Positions 1 to 9,303 of a stretch of DNA of 64,000 bases are shown one piece after another; positions within the stretch are counted from its first letter, which is position 1; each line of letters opens with the position of its first letter. Position numbers and translations under genes: made by a program. Source of the stretch: Nitrosopumilus sp. (GTDB lineage: Archaea > Thermoproteota > Nitrososphaeria > Nitrososphaerales > Nitrosopumilaceae); the NCBI GenBank assembly GCA_965223425.1, contig OZ245003.1, positions 608,001 to 672,000 on the forward strand. The letters are read 5' to 3'. Below the pieces are notes generated by a model. The model worked only from the letters and a program-made list of their open reading frames with translations, was not told the origin of the DNA and did not search any database.

Positions 1-2
1 CA

Positions 3-674
3 ATTGCAGTCACTGCTGATTACAAAACCCTATCTGAGGAAGAACTTCGGACATCCAAACAAATATGCTCTGAGATAGGCATTTCACAATTATTCTTGGA
101 CTATAATGAACTTGAAAATGAAGAATTTGCAAAAAATGACTCAACTCGGTGTTTTCACTGCAGGATGGAACTGGGGGATCATCTGATCAAACTAGCACAA
201 AAACACAATATTCAGGTTATAGTTGATGGCACAAATGTTGATGATTTAGGTGAATATAGACCCGGAATTGAAGCCTTGAGACAAAACGGAATTAAAAGTC
301 CACTTGCAGAAATTAATTTCTCAAAATCTCAAATTCGAGACACTGCAAAACTGGTGGGACTATCCGTATATGACAAGCCATCAAACTCTTGTTTGGCATC
401 AAGAATTCCTTGGGGACAAAGAGTCACAGCTGAAAAATTAGCTAGAATTGAATTTGGTGAAACCATCGTTAAGCAACTTACAAAAATCAAACAAGTCCGA
501 GTTCGTGATTTGGATGGTTCTGCAAAAATTGAAGTTGAAAAAGAAATGATCTCAAAATTTAATGATGGTATCTTGAATCGACTAACTGAGAGATTAAAGA
601 TGATTGGTTTTTCTACAGTTGAAGTTGATGAGGATGGGTATAAACCAGGAAAAATTAACGTGATTGCAGATTGA
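3..674 (+). CDS. LarE-like PP-loop ATP-dependent sulfur transferase, 5' end outside window
   Basis: Motifs RCFHC, DGTNxDDLGEYRPG, KPSNSCLASRIP, QVRVR; frame open from window start. Confidence 0.8.
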   Translation: MAVTADYKTLSEEELRTSKQICSEIGISQLFLDYNELENEEFAKNDSTRCFHCRMELGDHLIKLAQKHNIQVIVDGTNVDDLGEYRPGIEALRQNGIKSPLAEINFSKSQIRDTAKLVGLSVYDKPSNSCLASRIPWGQRVTAEKLARIEFGETIVKQLTKIKQVRVRDLDGSAKIEVEKEMISKFNDGILNRLTERLKMIGFSTVEVDEDGYKPGKINVIAD

Positions 675-1840
675 TATACCTGGATAATGCAGCGTCTACC
701 CAAATTCATGGTGATGTTTTAGATTCAATGTTGCCTTTTCTCAGAGAGCAGTATGGTAATCCCTCATCCATACATCGCTATGGTAGATTAGCTCGTAAGG
801 CAGTTGAAAAAGCAAGAAAACAGATTGCATTTCTAATCAATGCAGATCCTTCTGAAATCCTGATTACTTCTGGTGGTACTGAGTCAAATAACACCGCATT
901 GAGAGGAATCTCTATGAAAAACCCCTCTGGTCAAATTATCACATCTTCTGTTGAACATGATGCAGTTTTAGAGCCGTGTAAAAAACTGGTTCAGAATGGG
1001 TTTGATGTTGATTATCTCTCAGTAAATCAATTCGGTATGATAGACCCTTCCGAGCTTGATGCGCTCATTTCCAAGAAAACCAGCCTTGTTTCAATAATGT
1101 TTGGAAATAATGAGGTTGGCACCATTCAGCCTATCTCTGAAATAGCAAAAATATGTAATGAGTATAGTGTTCCTTTTCACACTGATGCAGTACAAGCAGT
1201 TGGCAAAATCCCAATTGATGTCAAAGAATTAGGCATAGATTTGCTATCTATTTCTTCTCACAAACTTTATGGTCCTAAAGGTATTGGTGCGCTGTACGTC
1301 AAAAATGGTATCAAAATTGAACCTGTGATTTTGGGCGGTGGTCAAGAACATGGATTACGTTCTGGAACTGAAAATGTTGCAAACATTGTTGGGTTTGGCA
1401 AGGCATGTGAAATTGCAAAAAACAGTTTACATGAAAATATTTCTTATGTGGAAAAACTTCGCAACTCCCTGGCTGAAACTGTATTAAACGAAATCCCTGA
1501 GGTAACGTTGAATGGTCATGCCAAATCCAGATTACCTGGCAATGCACATTTTACTTTTCTTGGTATCAATGGAGAAGACTTGATTATCAAACTTGATGAA
1601 TATGGAATTGCGGCATCTACAGGTTCTGCATGCTCTGTCAATACACAAAAAGCTTCACATGTTTTAGAAGCAATGGGATTTTCACTTGAACAAATTACTG
1701 GCTCTCTTCGATTAACCGTAGGAATTTTTAATGATCAAAAAGAGATTGAACAGACAGTTAATATTCTCAAAAAAGTGGTTCAGGAACTTCGTTCAGTTTC
1801 TCCATTCAAAGAAAAATATTCTTTTGTCCCAAAAACTTAA
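671..1840 (+). CDS. iscS: Cysteine desulfurase (IscS/NifS group I)
   Basis: IYLDNAAST, HTDAVQ, SSHKLYGPKG PLP lysine, STGSACS catalytic Cys. Confidence 0.95.
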   Translation: MIYLDNAASTQIHGDVLDSMLPFLREQYGNPSSIHRYGRLARKAVEKARKQIAFLINADPSEILITSGGTESNNTALRGISMKNPSGQIITSSVEHDAVLEPCKKLVQNGFDVDYLSVNQFGMIDPSELDALISKKTSLVSIMFGNNEVGTIQPISEIAKICNEYSVPFHTDAVQAVGKIPIDVKELGIDLLSISSHKLYGPKGIGALYVKNGIKIEPVILGGGQEHGLRSGTENVANIVGFGKACEIAKNSLHENISYVEKLRNSLAETVLNEIPEVTLNGHAKSRLPGNAHFTFLGINGEDLIIKLDEYGIAASTGSACSVNTQKASHVLEAMGFSLEQITGSLRLTVGIFNDQKEIEQTVNILKKVVQELRSVSPFKEKYSFVPKT

Positions 1841-2640
1841 ACCTTAATTTGAAATTTGTTTCTAGAGAGTACAATTACTGTCATGATGCTTGCGATTAAT
1901 ATCATCATTGCAATCGCTCCAAATTCAGGAACTATATAAGTTCCAATGATCATAATGTCCGAATCTCCTTCTACAAAACTTATTGTTATTACTCTAGAAT
2001 CTGCAAGTACTACTGATTCCTGATAAGGCACATATATTCCATCAATGAGAATTATGAACGTGTCATCTTTCCCATCTTGTTTTTCTGCACCTATGAATTC
2101 TCTAGGCAAATCCAATGTAATGGTCCCCTCGTCTGGTGCTTCAATTTGTACTGTTATTGCAAAACTGTCTGAATTTACTGCCATGTCTTTAACTGAGCCT
2201 CCTTTAATGCTGTATTCTACATCAAATGTTCCATGATTTCCTGCATCCACTTCAAAAACTTTTTTGGTTTCTGGAACCTCTGTTTTTGGTGAATAAGTAA
2301 ACGTAGTTTTTACTGAATGTTCCTGATAGAATGCCATCACTGTGTATTTTCCAGCCTTTTGCCATATTGCCCCTTCTGCAAGGATTGTCTCTGTGAATAC
2401 ACCGTCCTGAGCTACCTCAAGTTGTGCAATATCTATTATTGTTGCGTTCCCTTGAATAATTTGTATCAAGACTGGTGTGTTGCCAATTACTGTACCCACA
2501 TTGCCTGATATGACAATTGTGTCTCCTTCGTCATAAGCACTGTCATCGGTTTGAACTGAAATTATTGACTCCTGAGCAAAAGCAGTTGTAGTTGAAATAA
2601 AAACTAAAAATATTATTCCATAAAATATTTTGGACTCCAC
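1837..2640 (-). CDS. PEFG-CTERM surface protein
   Basis: Signal peptide; C-terminal VPEFG + TM helix + basic tail. Confidence 0.9.
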   Translation of the reverse strand: MESKIFYGIIFLVFISTTTAFAQESIISVQTDDSAYDEGDTIVISGNVGTVIGNTPVLIQIIQGNATIIDIAQLEVAQDGVFTETILAEGAIWQKAGKYTVMAFYQEHSVKTTFTYSPKTEVPETKKVFEVDAGNHGTFDVEYSIKGGSVKDMAVNSDSFAITVQIEAPDEGTITLDLPREFIGAEKQDGKDDTFIILIDGIYVPYQESVVLADSRVITISFVEGDSDIMIIGTYIVPEFGAIAMMILIASIMTVIVLSRNKFQIKV

Positions 2641-2710
2641 AAGTTTTCAAATGTATGTTTGTATATTTCCTTTACTATCAAAAATGAAAAAATGAAAAAA
2701 AGTTGTGATT

Positions 2711-2812
2711 TTAGTATCTTGGTATGATGCAAAGTCTTGATTTTGCAGATACTGCAATTATTGATATAATTGCTACTGCTAGAATCATGGCTGCGATTGT
2801 ACCAAATTCTGG
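2711..2812. repeat. 102-bp near-identical PEFG-CTERM 3' repeat (other copies 3667-3768, 4672-4773)
   Basis: Direct comparison: 1-2 mismatches between copies. Confidence 0.95.
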
Positions 2813-3604
2813 AATCACCTTGGTACCAATAACTTCAATTTGTTCAGCGCCTGCTGGGAACATGATTGTTACTTGATTTGCATCAATTTCAGCATCATCC
2901 CATTCTTCTCCGTCAACTAGTACCATGAATGTACCTTCTTGAACTGTTGATTGGTCTATTGTTAACGTTCCATCATCTTCGGCGTTGATGTTAATGACAA
3001 TTGAGTTGTCATTAAAATTGAGCATTGCACTGGTTACCATTCCACCTGAAATACTGTATGGTATACATTGACCACTTGCAGATATATCATTAACACCACA
3101 TTTTACCGGCGTGTCTACTGTGGGTGTATCGTAGTTTGGTACGTATGCAACTCCACCAGTTAATTCAACCTTGGCACTGTTGCTTTTTTCAGCATTGCCG
3201 TAGTTTACTTTAATGGTGTAGGTACCATCGTATTTCCATATTGCACCTCCTGTATTTAGTCTAGTCTCAAAACTACCATCTTCTGCTACAACGAGTTGAT
3301 CAATTGTAATGATGGAGTTTAGCGGGCTTACAACAGTAACTGTAACTGGAAATCCGGATGTATTTGCTACTTGACCTTTTACCATAATTATGTCACTATG
3401 TCCATAATCTGTTTTGTCTGTCCAAACAGATATTGGAAGGTCTTCAAGCAACATTTCCTTTGCTGTTGCTCTGGCATCTTCCATAGAACATCCTACACAT
3501 GCTTTTGGATGATCATTTTCATATTCAGCATATGCTGATGACATGGTTAAAGTACTGACTGCAGTCAAAACGGCAAGTAGCGCGAACGACGTACGGTTGT
3601 TCAT
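2711..3604 (-). CDS. PEFG-CTERM surface protein
   Basis: Signal peptide; IPEFGTIAAMIL...PRY tail. Confidence 0.9.
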   Translation of the reverse strand: MNNRTSFALLAVLTAVSTLTMSSAYAEYENDHPKACVGCSMEDARATAKEMLLEDLPISVWTDKTDYGHSDIIMVKGQVANTSGFPVTVTVVSPLNSIITIDQLVVAEDGSFETRLNTGGAIWKYDGTYTIKVNYGNAEKSNSAKVELTGGVAYVPNYDTPTVDTPVKCGVNDISASGQCIPYSISGGMVTSAMLNFNDNSIVININAEDDGTLTIDQSTVQEGTFMVLVDGEEWDDAEIDANQVTIMFPAGAEQIEVIGTKVIPEFGTIAAMILAVAIISIIAVSAKSRLCIIPRY

Positions 3605-3666
3605 CTTGTTGCGATTTACACTTGTCTCTATTTATGTATATTTAAAAATGAAAAAAAGTTGTGATT

Positions 3667-4527
3667 TTAGTATCTTGGTATGATGCAAAGTCTTGATTTT
3701 GCAGATACTGCAATTATTGATATAATTGCCACTGCTAGAATCATGGCTGCGATTGTACCAAATTCTGGGATTACAACCCCGTCTTTGATATCCACCTCAG
3801 TTGAAGCAGTATATTTTGGATCATCAAACTGTTGTGCAGTTACAGTATAGAATCCATCCTGTTTCCATAATGATCCGCCTGTGGTGATTACAGTTGCAAA
3901 TTCTCCATCAAGTGCTGGTGGTATTTGACTGACTGTTACAACATTTCCGTTTGGAGCAGTCACAGTTACTGTGATGTCTTGGCTTACCCTGTCAGTTAAT
4001 CCGGTGACCTCAAACATTGTGGAGCCGTTCTCAATAACTATCGTATCAAGCTCAAGTCCTGCATCTTTAGCAACATTTGGTTCTGGATTAAAAATTCCTG
4101 TTTCTAAAGTGGATTCAGTTACAGAAGTTCTTTCAGCCATACCGTTTGTTACTTCAACAAGTACGTTCAAAGTATACAGTGAATTTGCATGTACAGCTTG
4201 CATGGCTGTAATTTCATAGAATCCATCTTCGGTCCATGTTGGACCTATTTTGAATTCCTTTACAAAGCCACCGTCGTCATCTGCTGGAATTTGATCAACA
4301 GCTACCACATTGTTTCCACTTGGTGATGTCACTCTAAATGTGACATCTGTGATATCTGAAATTGTCTTACCTGTGACAGTGATGGTGTCGGAGCCTTTAT
4401 CAGCCGTAGCTGTAATGGCCATTCCTAGAGTTTGAGCAAAAACATCTTGCTGAACTGAAGTCATCGAAACTAATGACAGTGCCATAAGGACTATTGCCAT
4501 TGATGTCGTAGAACGTTTAAAATTCAT
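3667..4527 (-). CDS. PEFG-CTERM surface protein
   Basis: Signal peptide; two similar beta-rich repeats; IPEFG tail. Confidence 0.9.
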   Translation of the reverse strand: MNFKRSTTSMAIVLMALSLVSMTSVQQDVFAQTLGMAITATADKGSDTITVTGKTISDITDVTFRVTSPSGNNVVAVDQIPADDDGGFVKEFKIGPTWTEDGFYEITAMQAVHANSLYTLNVLVEVTNGMAERTSVTESTLETGIFNPEPNVAKDAGLELDTIVIENGSTMFEVTGLTDRVSQDITVTVTAPNGNVVTVSQIPPALDGEFATVITTGGSLWKQDGFYTVTAQQFDDPKYTASTEVDIKDGVVIPEFGTIAAMILAVAIISIIAVSAKSRLCIIPRY

Positions 4528-4671
4528 CCTAATTCAACCCAGCTATCTTTGGTATTTATGTATACTTGTAAAGAATAATTTAGGTATCAAACCCTCATTT
4601 GGAAAAATAATAAACCAAAAGAAATTCTTTGGATGGTTTGCATGTATTTAAAAAGAGAAAAAAGATGAAAT

Positions 4672-5523
4672 TTAGTATCTTGGTATGATGCCAAGTCTTG
4701 ATTTTGCAGATACTGCAATTATTGATATAATTGCCACTGCTAGAATCATGGCTGCGATTGTACCAAATTCTGGGACTACGTACGTACCGATTATTTCGAT
4801 CTCTTCAGTTCCTGCCGGGAATTCTATGGTGAGCGTTCTGTGTGTTTCTGTTTTTGTTTCCTCAAAGTCTCCTGCTTCTTCACTGTCGATTAAGACAAAG
4901 AATTCATCGTCTCCACCGCTTTCAAGAACTGCATCCAACACGGATCTAGGGATTGTAAGGGTTATCGAACCGTCTTCTGTAGCATCAATAGAAACAATCA
5001 GTGACTTTGAACCCACATCAGGCGTAATACCTAGTAGTTTTCCACCTGTAATCTCATATCCTATCAAGTCACTAGAGCCCTGAACTAACACGGTTGTGCC
5101 AGTTACGGTAGAATCTCCACCATTCCCGTCTATTGTTGGTGGAACAACTGTAGAAGATCCGCCAAATTCAAATGATGCTGTTGCTGTTCGACTTTCGGCT
5201 CCGTATTGAACTTTGATAGTATAGGTTCCTTCCGTTTTCATTGTTCCGCCAGCAGTAATCTCGTAACTGAATTTTTTATCCGCGCCAACTGGTGGCTGTC
5301 CAATTGCTACTATGCTTCCATTGGGAGATGTAACAGTAATGCTAACTGGAACACCATACAGATCTTTGACTTCCCCTGTTACTAGAATTGCTTCACCCTC
5401 TGAATAGGATGTTTTATCTGTAGTAACAACAATCGAGTCTAGTATTTGTCCAAATGCTGGCGTCATACCAATACTTGCAATTAAAATTGCAGATAAGGCA
5501 AACGCCAATAGATGAGCTTTCAT
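4672..5523 (-). CDS. PEFG-CTERM surface protein
   Basis: ATG at 5523 (MKAHLLAFAL signal peptide); VPEFG tail. Confidence 0.9.
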   Translation of the reverse strand: MKAHLLAFALSAILIASIGMTPAFGQILDSIVVTTDKTSYSEGEAILVTGEVKDLYGVPVSITVTSPNGSIVAIGQPPVGADKKFSYEITAGGTMKTEGTYTIKVQYGAESRTATASFEFGGSSTVVPPTIDGNGGDSTVTGTTVLVQGSSDLIGYEITGGKLLGITPDVGSKSLIVSIDATEDGSITLTIPRSVLDAVLESGGDDEFFVLIDSEEAGDFEETKTETHRTLTIEFPAGTEEIEIIGTYVVPEFGTIAAMILAVAIISIIAVSAKSRLGIIPRY

Positions 5524-5704
5524 CAGTTTTACGCCTGAATTTGCACTATTTAAGGTTGTGAAAAAATTTGTTGACCAAAAAAGAAAAAACACTGCTTTTG
5601 ACGAATTTCAGATTAGATATATATTAACCTGAGCGTGAGATTTTGACAGTTTGTGTGTATTATTTATTGTTACATTTAATGTTCTATGTGGGGGAGTGCT
5701 GTAG

Positions 5705-5956
5705 ATGGCAACTAAGAAAAACCAAGTTTTAGTTCCTGATCATATCTATGTTCCAAAACATGAAATTATTTCAAAACAGGAAGCTGAGGAAGTTATAAAA
5801 AAATACAATTGCAAACCAACTGAATTGCCATTAATCTTTGTGACAGATCCTGCAATTTTGGGACTTGGTGTAAAACCAGGTGACATGATTAAGATCACTA
5901 GACAAAGCCCGACTGCAGGCAAAAGTCTCTATTACAGATATGTGGTGGAAGTATAA
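5705..5956 (+). CDS. rpoH: RNA polymerase subunit H (Rpo5)
   Basis: HIYVPKHEII, LPLIFVTDP, YYRYVV; position before rpoB. Confidence 0.97.
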   Translation: MATKKNQVLVPDHIYVPKHEIISKQEAEEVIKKYNCKPTELPLIFVTDPAILGLGVKPGDMIKITRQSPTAGKSLYYRYVVEV

Positions 5957-8900
5957 TGGCAGATCCATCTACAAAACGCTGGCCAGTAATTCAGGACATC
6001 TTAAAACGTGAAGGCATTGCACGTCAACATCTTAACTCTTTTGATGAATTCTTAGAAAGAGGACTTCAAAGTATTATCAACGAAGTTGGACAAATCGATA
6101 TTGAAAACGCTGAATATCCTTACAAAATTCAATTGGGCAAAGTTAAACTTCAACAACCACGTATGATGGAACTTGACGGTTCTATTACTCATATTACTCC
6201 GGCAGAAGCTAGGTTGAGAAATGTTTCATATTCTGCACCAGTGATGATGGAAGCCAGCGTTGTGGAAGATGGAAAAATTTTAGAATCTAGATTTGTTCAT
6301 ATTGGAGATGTTCCGGTTATGGTAAAATCAAATGCGTGCATTTTGCATAATTTCTCTACTCAAAAATTAGTTGAACACGGGGAAGATCCAAATGATCCAG
6401 GTGGTTACTTTATCATCAATGGTTCTGAAAGAGTAATTGTAGGATTGGAAGATCTTTCTTATAACAAAATTATTGTTGACAGAGAAACTGTAGGTGGAAA
6501 TATTGTTTTCAAAGCTAAAGTGTATTCTTCCATTGTGGGTTATCGTGCAAAATTAGAACTTGTCATGAAAAATGATGGATTAATTGTTGCCAGAATTCCC
6601 GGCTCACCTGTTGATATTCCAGTTGTCACATTGATTAGGGCACTTGGATTAGAATCTGACCGAGAAATAGCTGCAGTTGTTTCTTTAGTGGATGAACTTC
6701 AAGATGAATTAGAAGGTTCATTTGAAAAAGCAGGTGATGTCCCAACATCAAAAGATGCTATTGTCTATATTAGTAAAAGAATCGCACCTGGAATGTTAGA
6801 AGAATTCCAAATAAAACGCGCTGAGACTTTGTTGGATTGGGGACTGTTGCCTCACTTGGGTAAACATCCTGAAAATAGAAAAGAAAAAGCACAGTTTCTA
6901 GGCGAAGCTGCATGCAAATTATTAGAATTAAAACTTGGATGGATTTCCCCTGATGACAAGGATCACTATGGAAATAAGGTCATAAAGTTTGCAGGACAAA
7001 TGCTTGCAGATCTGTTTAGAACTGCATTTAGAAATCTAGTCAGAGATATGAAATACCAATTAGAGCGATCAGGCCAAAAACGTGGAATTAATGCCGTAGC
7101 TGCGGCAATTCGTCCAGGAATAATTACTGACAAACTAAACAATGCTATTGCAACTGGAAATTGGGGAAGAGGCCGTGTTGGTGTTACTCAATTACTTGAC
7201 AGAACCAATTATCTTTCCACAATCAGTCATCTTAGAAGAATTCAATCCCCTCTTAGCAGAACTCAACCAAACTTTGAAGCAAGAGACTTGCATGCAACCC
7301 ACTTTGGAAGAATTTGTCCAAGTGAAACACCGGAAGGCTCAAACTGTGGTCTGGTAAAAAATTTGGCATTATCTGGAATTATCTCTGTTAATGTTCCCTC
7401 TGAAGAAATTGTCGAAAAACTCTATGATCTAGGAACAGTACATTTCTTTGATGCCAAAGAAGACTTGAAAAAAGATGGTACCAGAATATTCGTTGATGGT
7501 CGTCTGATTGGATATTACAAAGATGGTGAACAACTATCTGAGTCACTTAGAGATCTTAGGAGAAATTCAAAGATTCATCCTCACGTTGGAGTTTCATTCC
7601 ACAAGTCTGAAATTGAGGGCTCAACAAAAAGACTTTATGTAAATTGTAATGCAGGACGAGTTTTACGACCTTTGATTGTTATCAGAGATGGCAAACCCAT
7701 GCTAACCCAAGAATTGTTAGATAAAATTTCAAAGAAATTACTCTCTTGGAATGATCTTTTGAGAATGAGCGTTTTAGAAATGATTGATGCAAATGAAGAA
7801 GAAAATTGCTATGTTACTTTAGATGAAAAAAATTCAAAGAAATACACTCACCTTGAAGTATTTCCACCAGCAATTCTGGGTGCTGGGGCTTCAATCATTC
7901 CATATCCTGAACATAATCAATCTCCAAGAAATACATACGAATCTGCAATGGCAAAACAAAGTTTAGGATTCTCTACCCCGATGATGAATACCAGTACATA
8001 TGTTAGACAACACTTTATGCTATATCCACAAACTCCAATTGTAAACACTAAGGCAATGAAGCTTTTAGGATTAGAAGATAGACCCGCCGGCCAGAACTGT
8101 GTTGTGGCAGTACTTCCATTTGATGGTTACAACATCGAAGATGCCATCGTACTTAGCAAATCATCTGTTGATAGGGGATTGGGTAGAACCTTCTTCTATA
8201 GAATCTATGATGCAGAAGCAAAACAATATCCAGGTGGAATGCGTGATAATTTTGAGATTCCTAACGCTGAGGATAACATTAGAGGATACAAAGGAGAGCG
8301 TGCATATCGATTGCTAGAGGAAGATGGTGTTGTTGCAGCAGAGGTTCCAATCAAAGGAGGAGATATCCTGATTGGCAAAACCAGTCCTCCGAGATTTATG
8401 GAAGAATATAGGGAATTTGAGTCCACCGGACCATATAGACGCGATACGTCTGTTGGTGTTAGACCATCTGAGGCAGGTGTTGTAGATACTGTTGTTCTGA
8501 CTCAATCAAACGAAGGGGGGAAAATGTACAAGATCAGAGCAAGAGACATGAGAATTCCTGAGATTGGTGACAAGTTTGCATCAAGACATGGACAAAAAGG
8601 CGTACTGGGAATTTTAGCTAAAGCAGAAGATTTACCATACACTGCAGATGGAATATCCCCAGATGTTTTGATTAATCCTCACGCTTTCCCTTCAAGAATG
8701 ACAGTTGGAATGATGATGGAATCCATTTGTGGAAAGGCCGCAGCACTGCGTGGAAAAAGATTTGATGGCTCTGCATTTGTGGGAGAAAAAATGGATGAAG
8801 TCAAAGAAGTAATGGATGCACATGGCTTCAAATATTCTGGTAAAGAAATTATGTATGATGGAAGAACTGGAAAATCATTCCCAGTTGAAGTCTTTATTGG

Positions 8901-9303
8901 AGTTGTATACTATCAAAAGCTTCACCACATGGTTGCAGACAAAATTCATGCAAGGGCACGTGGACAGGTTCAGATGTTAACCAAACAGCCAACTGAAGGA
9001 AGAGCAAGAGGAGGTGGATTAAGATTTGGTGAGATGGAAAGGGACTGCTTAATTGCTTATGGAGCTTCAATGATCCTAAAAGATAGACTGCTTGATGAAT
9101 CTGACAAATCTGATATCTTTGTCTGTGAAAGATGCGGTTTGGTAGCTTATCATGATGTTAAGCAAAGAAAATATGTTTGCAGAGTATGTGGAGACAAAGC
9201 CAAAGTGTCATCTGTATCAGTTGCATACGCATTCAAACTGCTCTTGCAAGAAATGCAGAGTCTGAATATTGCGCCACGACTGTTAATCAAGGAGAAAGTC
9301 TAA
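5956..9303 (+). CDS. rpoB: RNA polymerase subunit B (Rpo2, unsplit)
   Basis: GDKFASRHGQKG, GGLRFGEMERD, C-terminal Zn ribbon. Confidence 0.99.
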   Translation: MADPSTKRWPVIQDILKREGIARQHLNSFDEFLERGLQSIINEVGQIDIENAEYPYKIQLGKVKLQQPRMMELDGSITHITPAEARLRNVSYSAPVMMEASVVEDGKILESRFVHIGDVPVMVKSNACILHNFSTQKLVEHGEDPNDPGGYFIINGSERVIVGLEDLSYNKIIVDRETVGGNIVFKAKVYSSIVGYRAKLELVMKNDGLIVARIPGSPVDIPVVTLIRALGLESDREIAAVVSLVDELQDELEGSFEKAGDVPTSKDAIVYISKRIAPGMLEEFQIKRAETLLDWGLLPHLGKHPENRKEKAQFLGEAACKLLELKLGWISPDDKDHYGNKVIKFAGQMLADLFRTAFRNLVRDMKYQLERSGQKRGINAVAAAIRPGIITDKLNNAIATGNWGRGRVGVTQLLDRTNYLSTISHLRRIQSPLSRTQPNFEARDLHATHFGRICPSETPEGSNCGLVKNLALSGIISVNVPSEEIVEKLYDLGTVHFFDAKEDLKKDGTRIFVDGRLIGYYKDGEQLSESLRDLRRNSKIHPHVGVSFHKSEIEGSTKRLYVNCNAGRVLRPLIVIRDGKPMLTQELLDKISKKLLSWNDLLRMSVLEMIDANEEENCYVTLDEKNSKKYTHLEVFPPAILGAGASIIPYPEHNQSPRNTYESAMAKQSLGFSTPMMNTSTYVRQHFMLYPQTPIVNTKAMKLLGLEDRPAGQNCVVAVLPFDGYNIEDAIVLSKSSVDRGLGRTFFYRIYDAEAKQYPGGMRDNFEIPNAEDNIRGYKGERAYRLLEEDGVVAAEVPIKGGDILIGKTSPPRFMEEYREFESTGPYRRDTSVGVRPSEAGVVDTVVLTQSNEGGKMYKIRARDMRIPEIGDKFASRHGQKGVLGILAKAEDLPYTADGISPDVLINPHAFPSRMTVGMMMESICGKAAALRGKRFDGSAFVGEKMDEVKEVMDAHGFKYSGKEIMYDGRTGKSFPVEVFIGVVYYQKLHHMVADKIHARARGQVQMLTKQPTEGRARGGGLRFGEMERDCLIAYGASMILKDRLLDESDKSDIFVCERCGLVAYHDVKQRKYVCRVCGDKAKVSSVSVAYAFKLLLQEMQSLNIAPRLLIKEKV

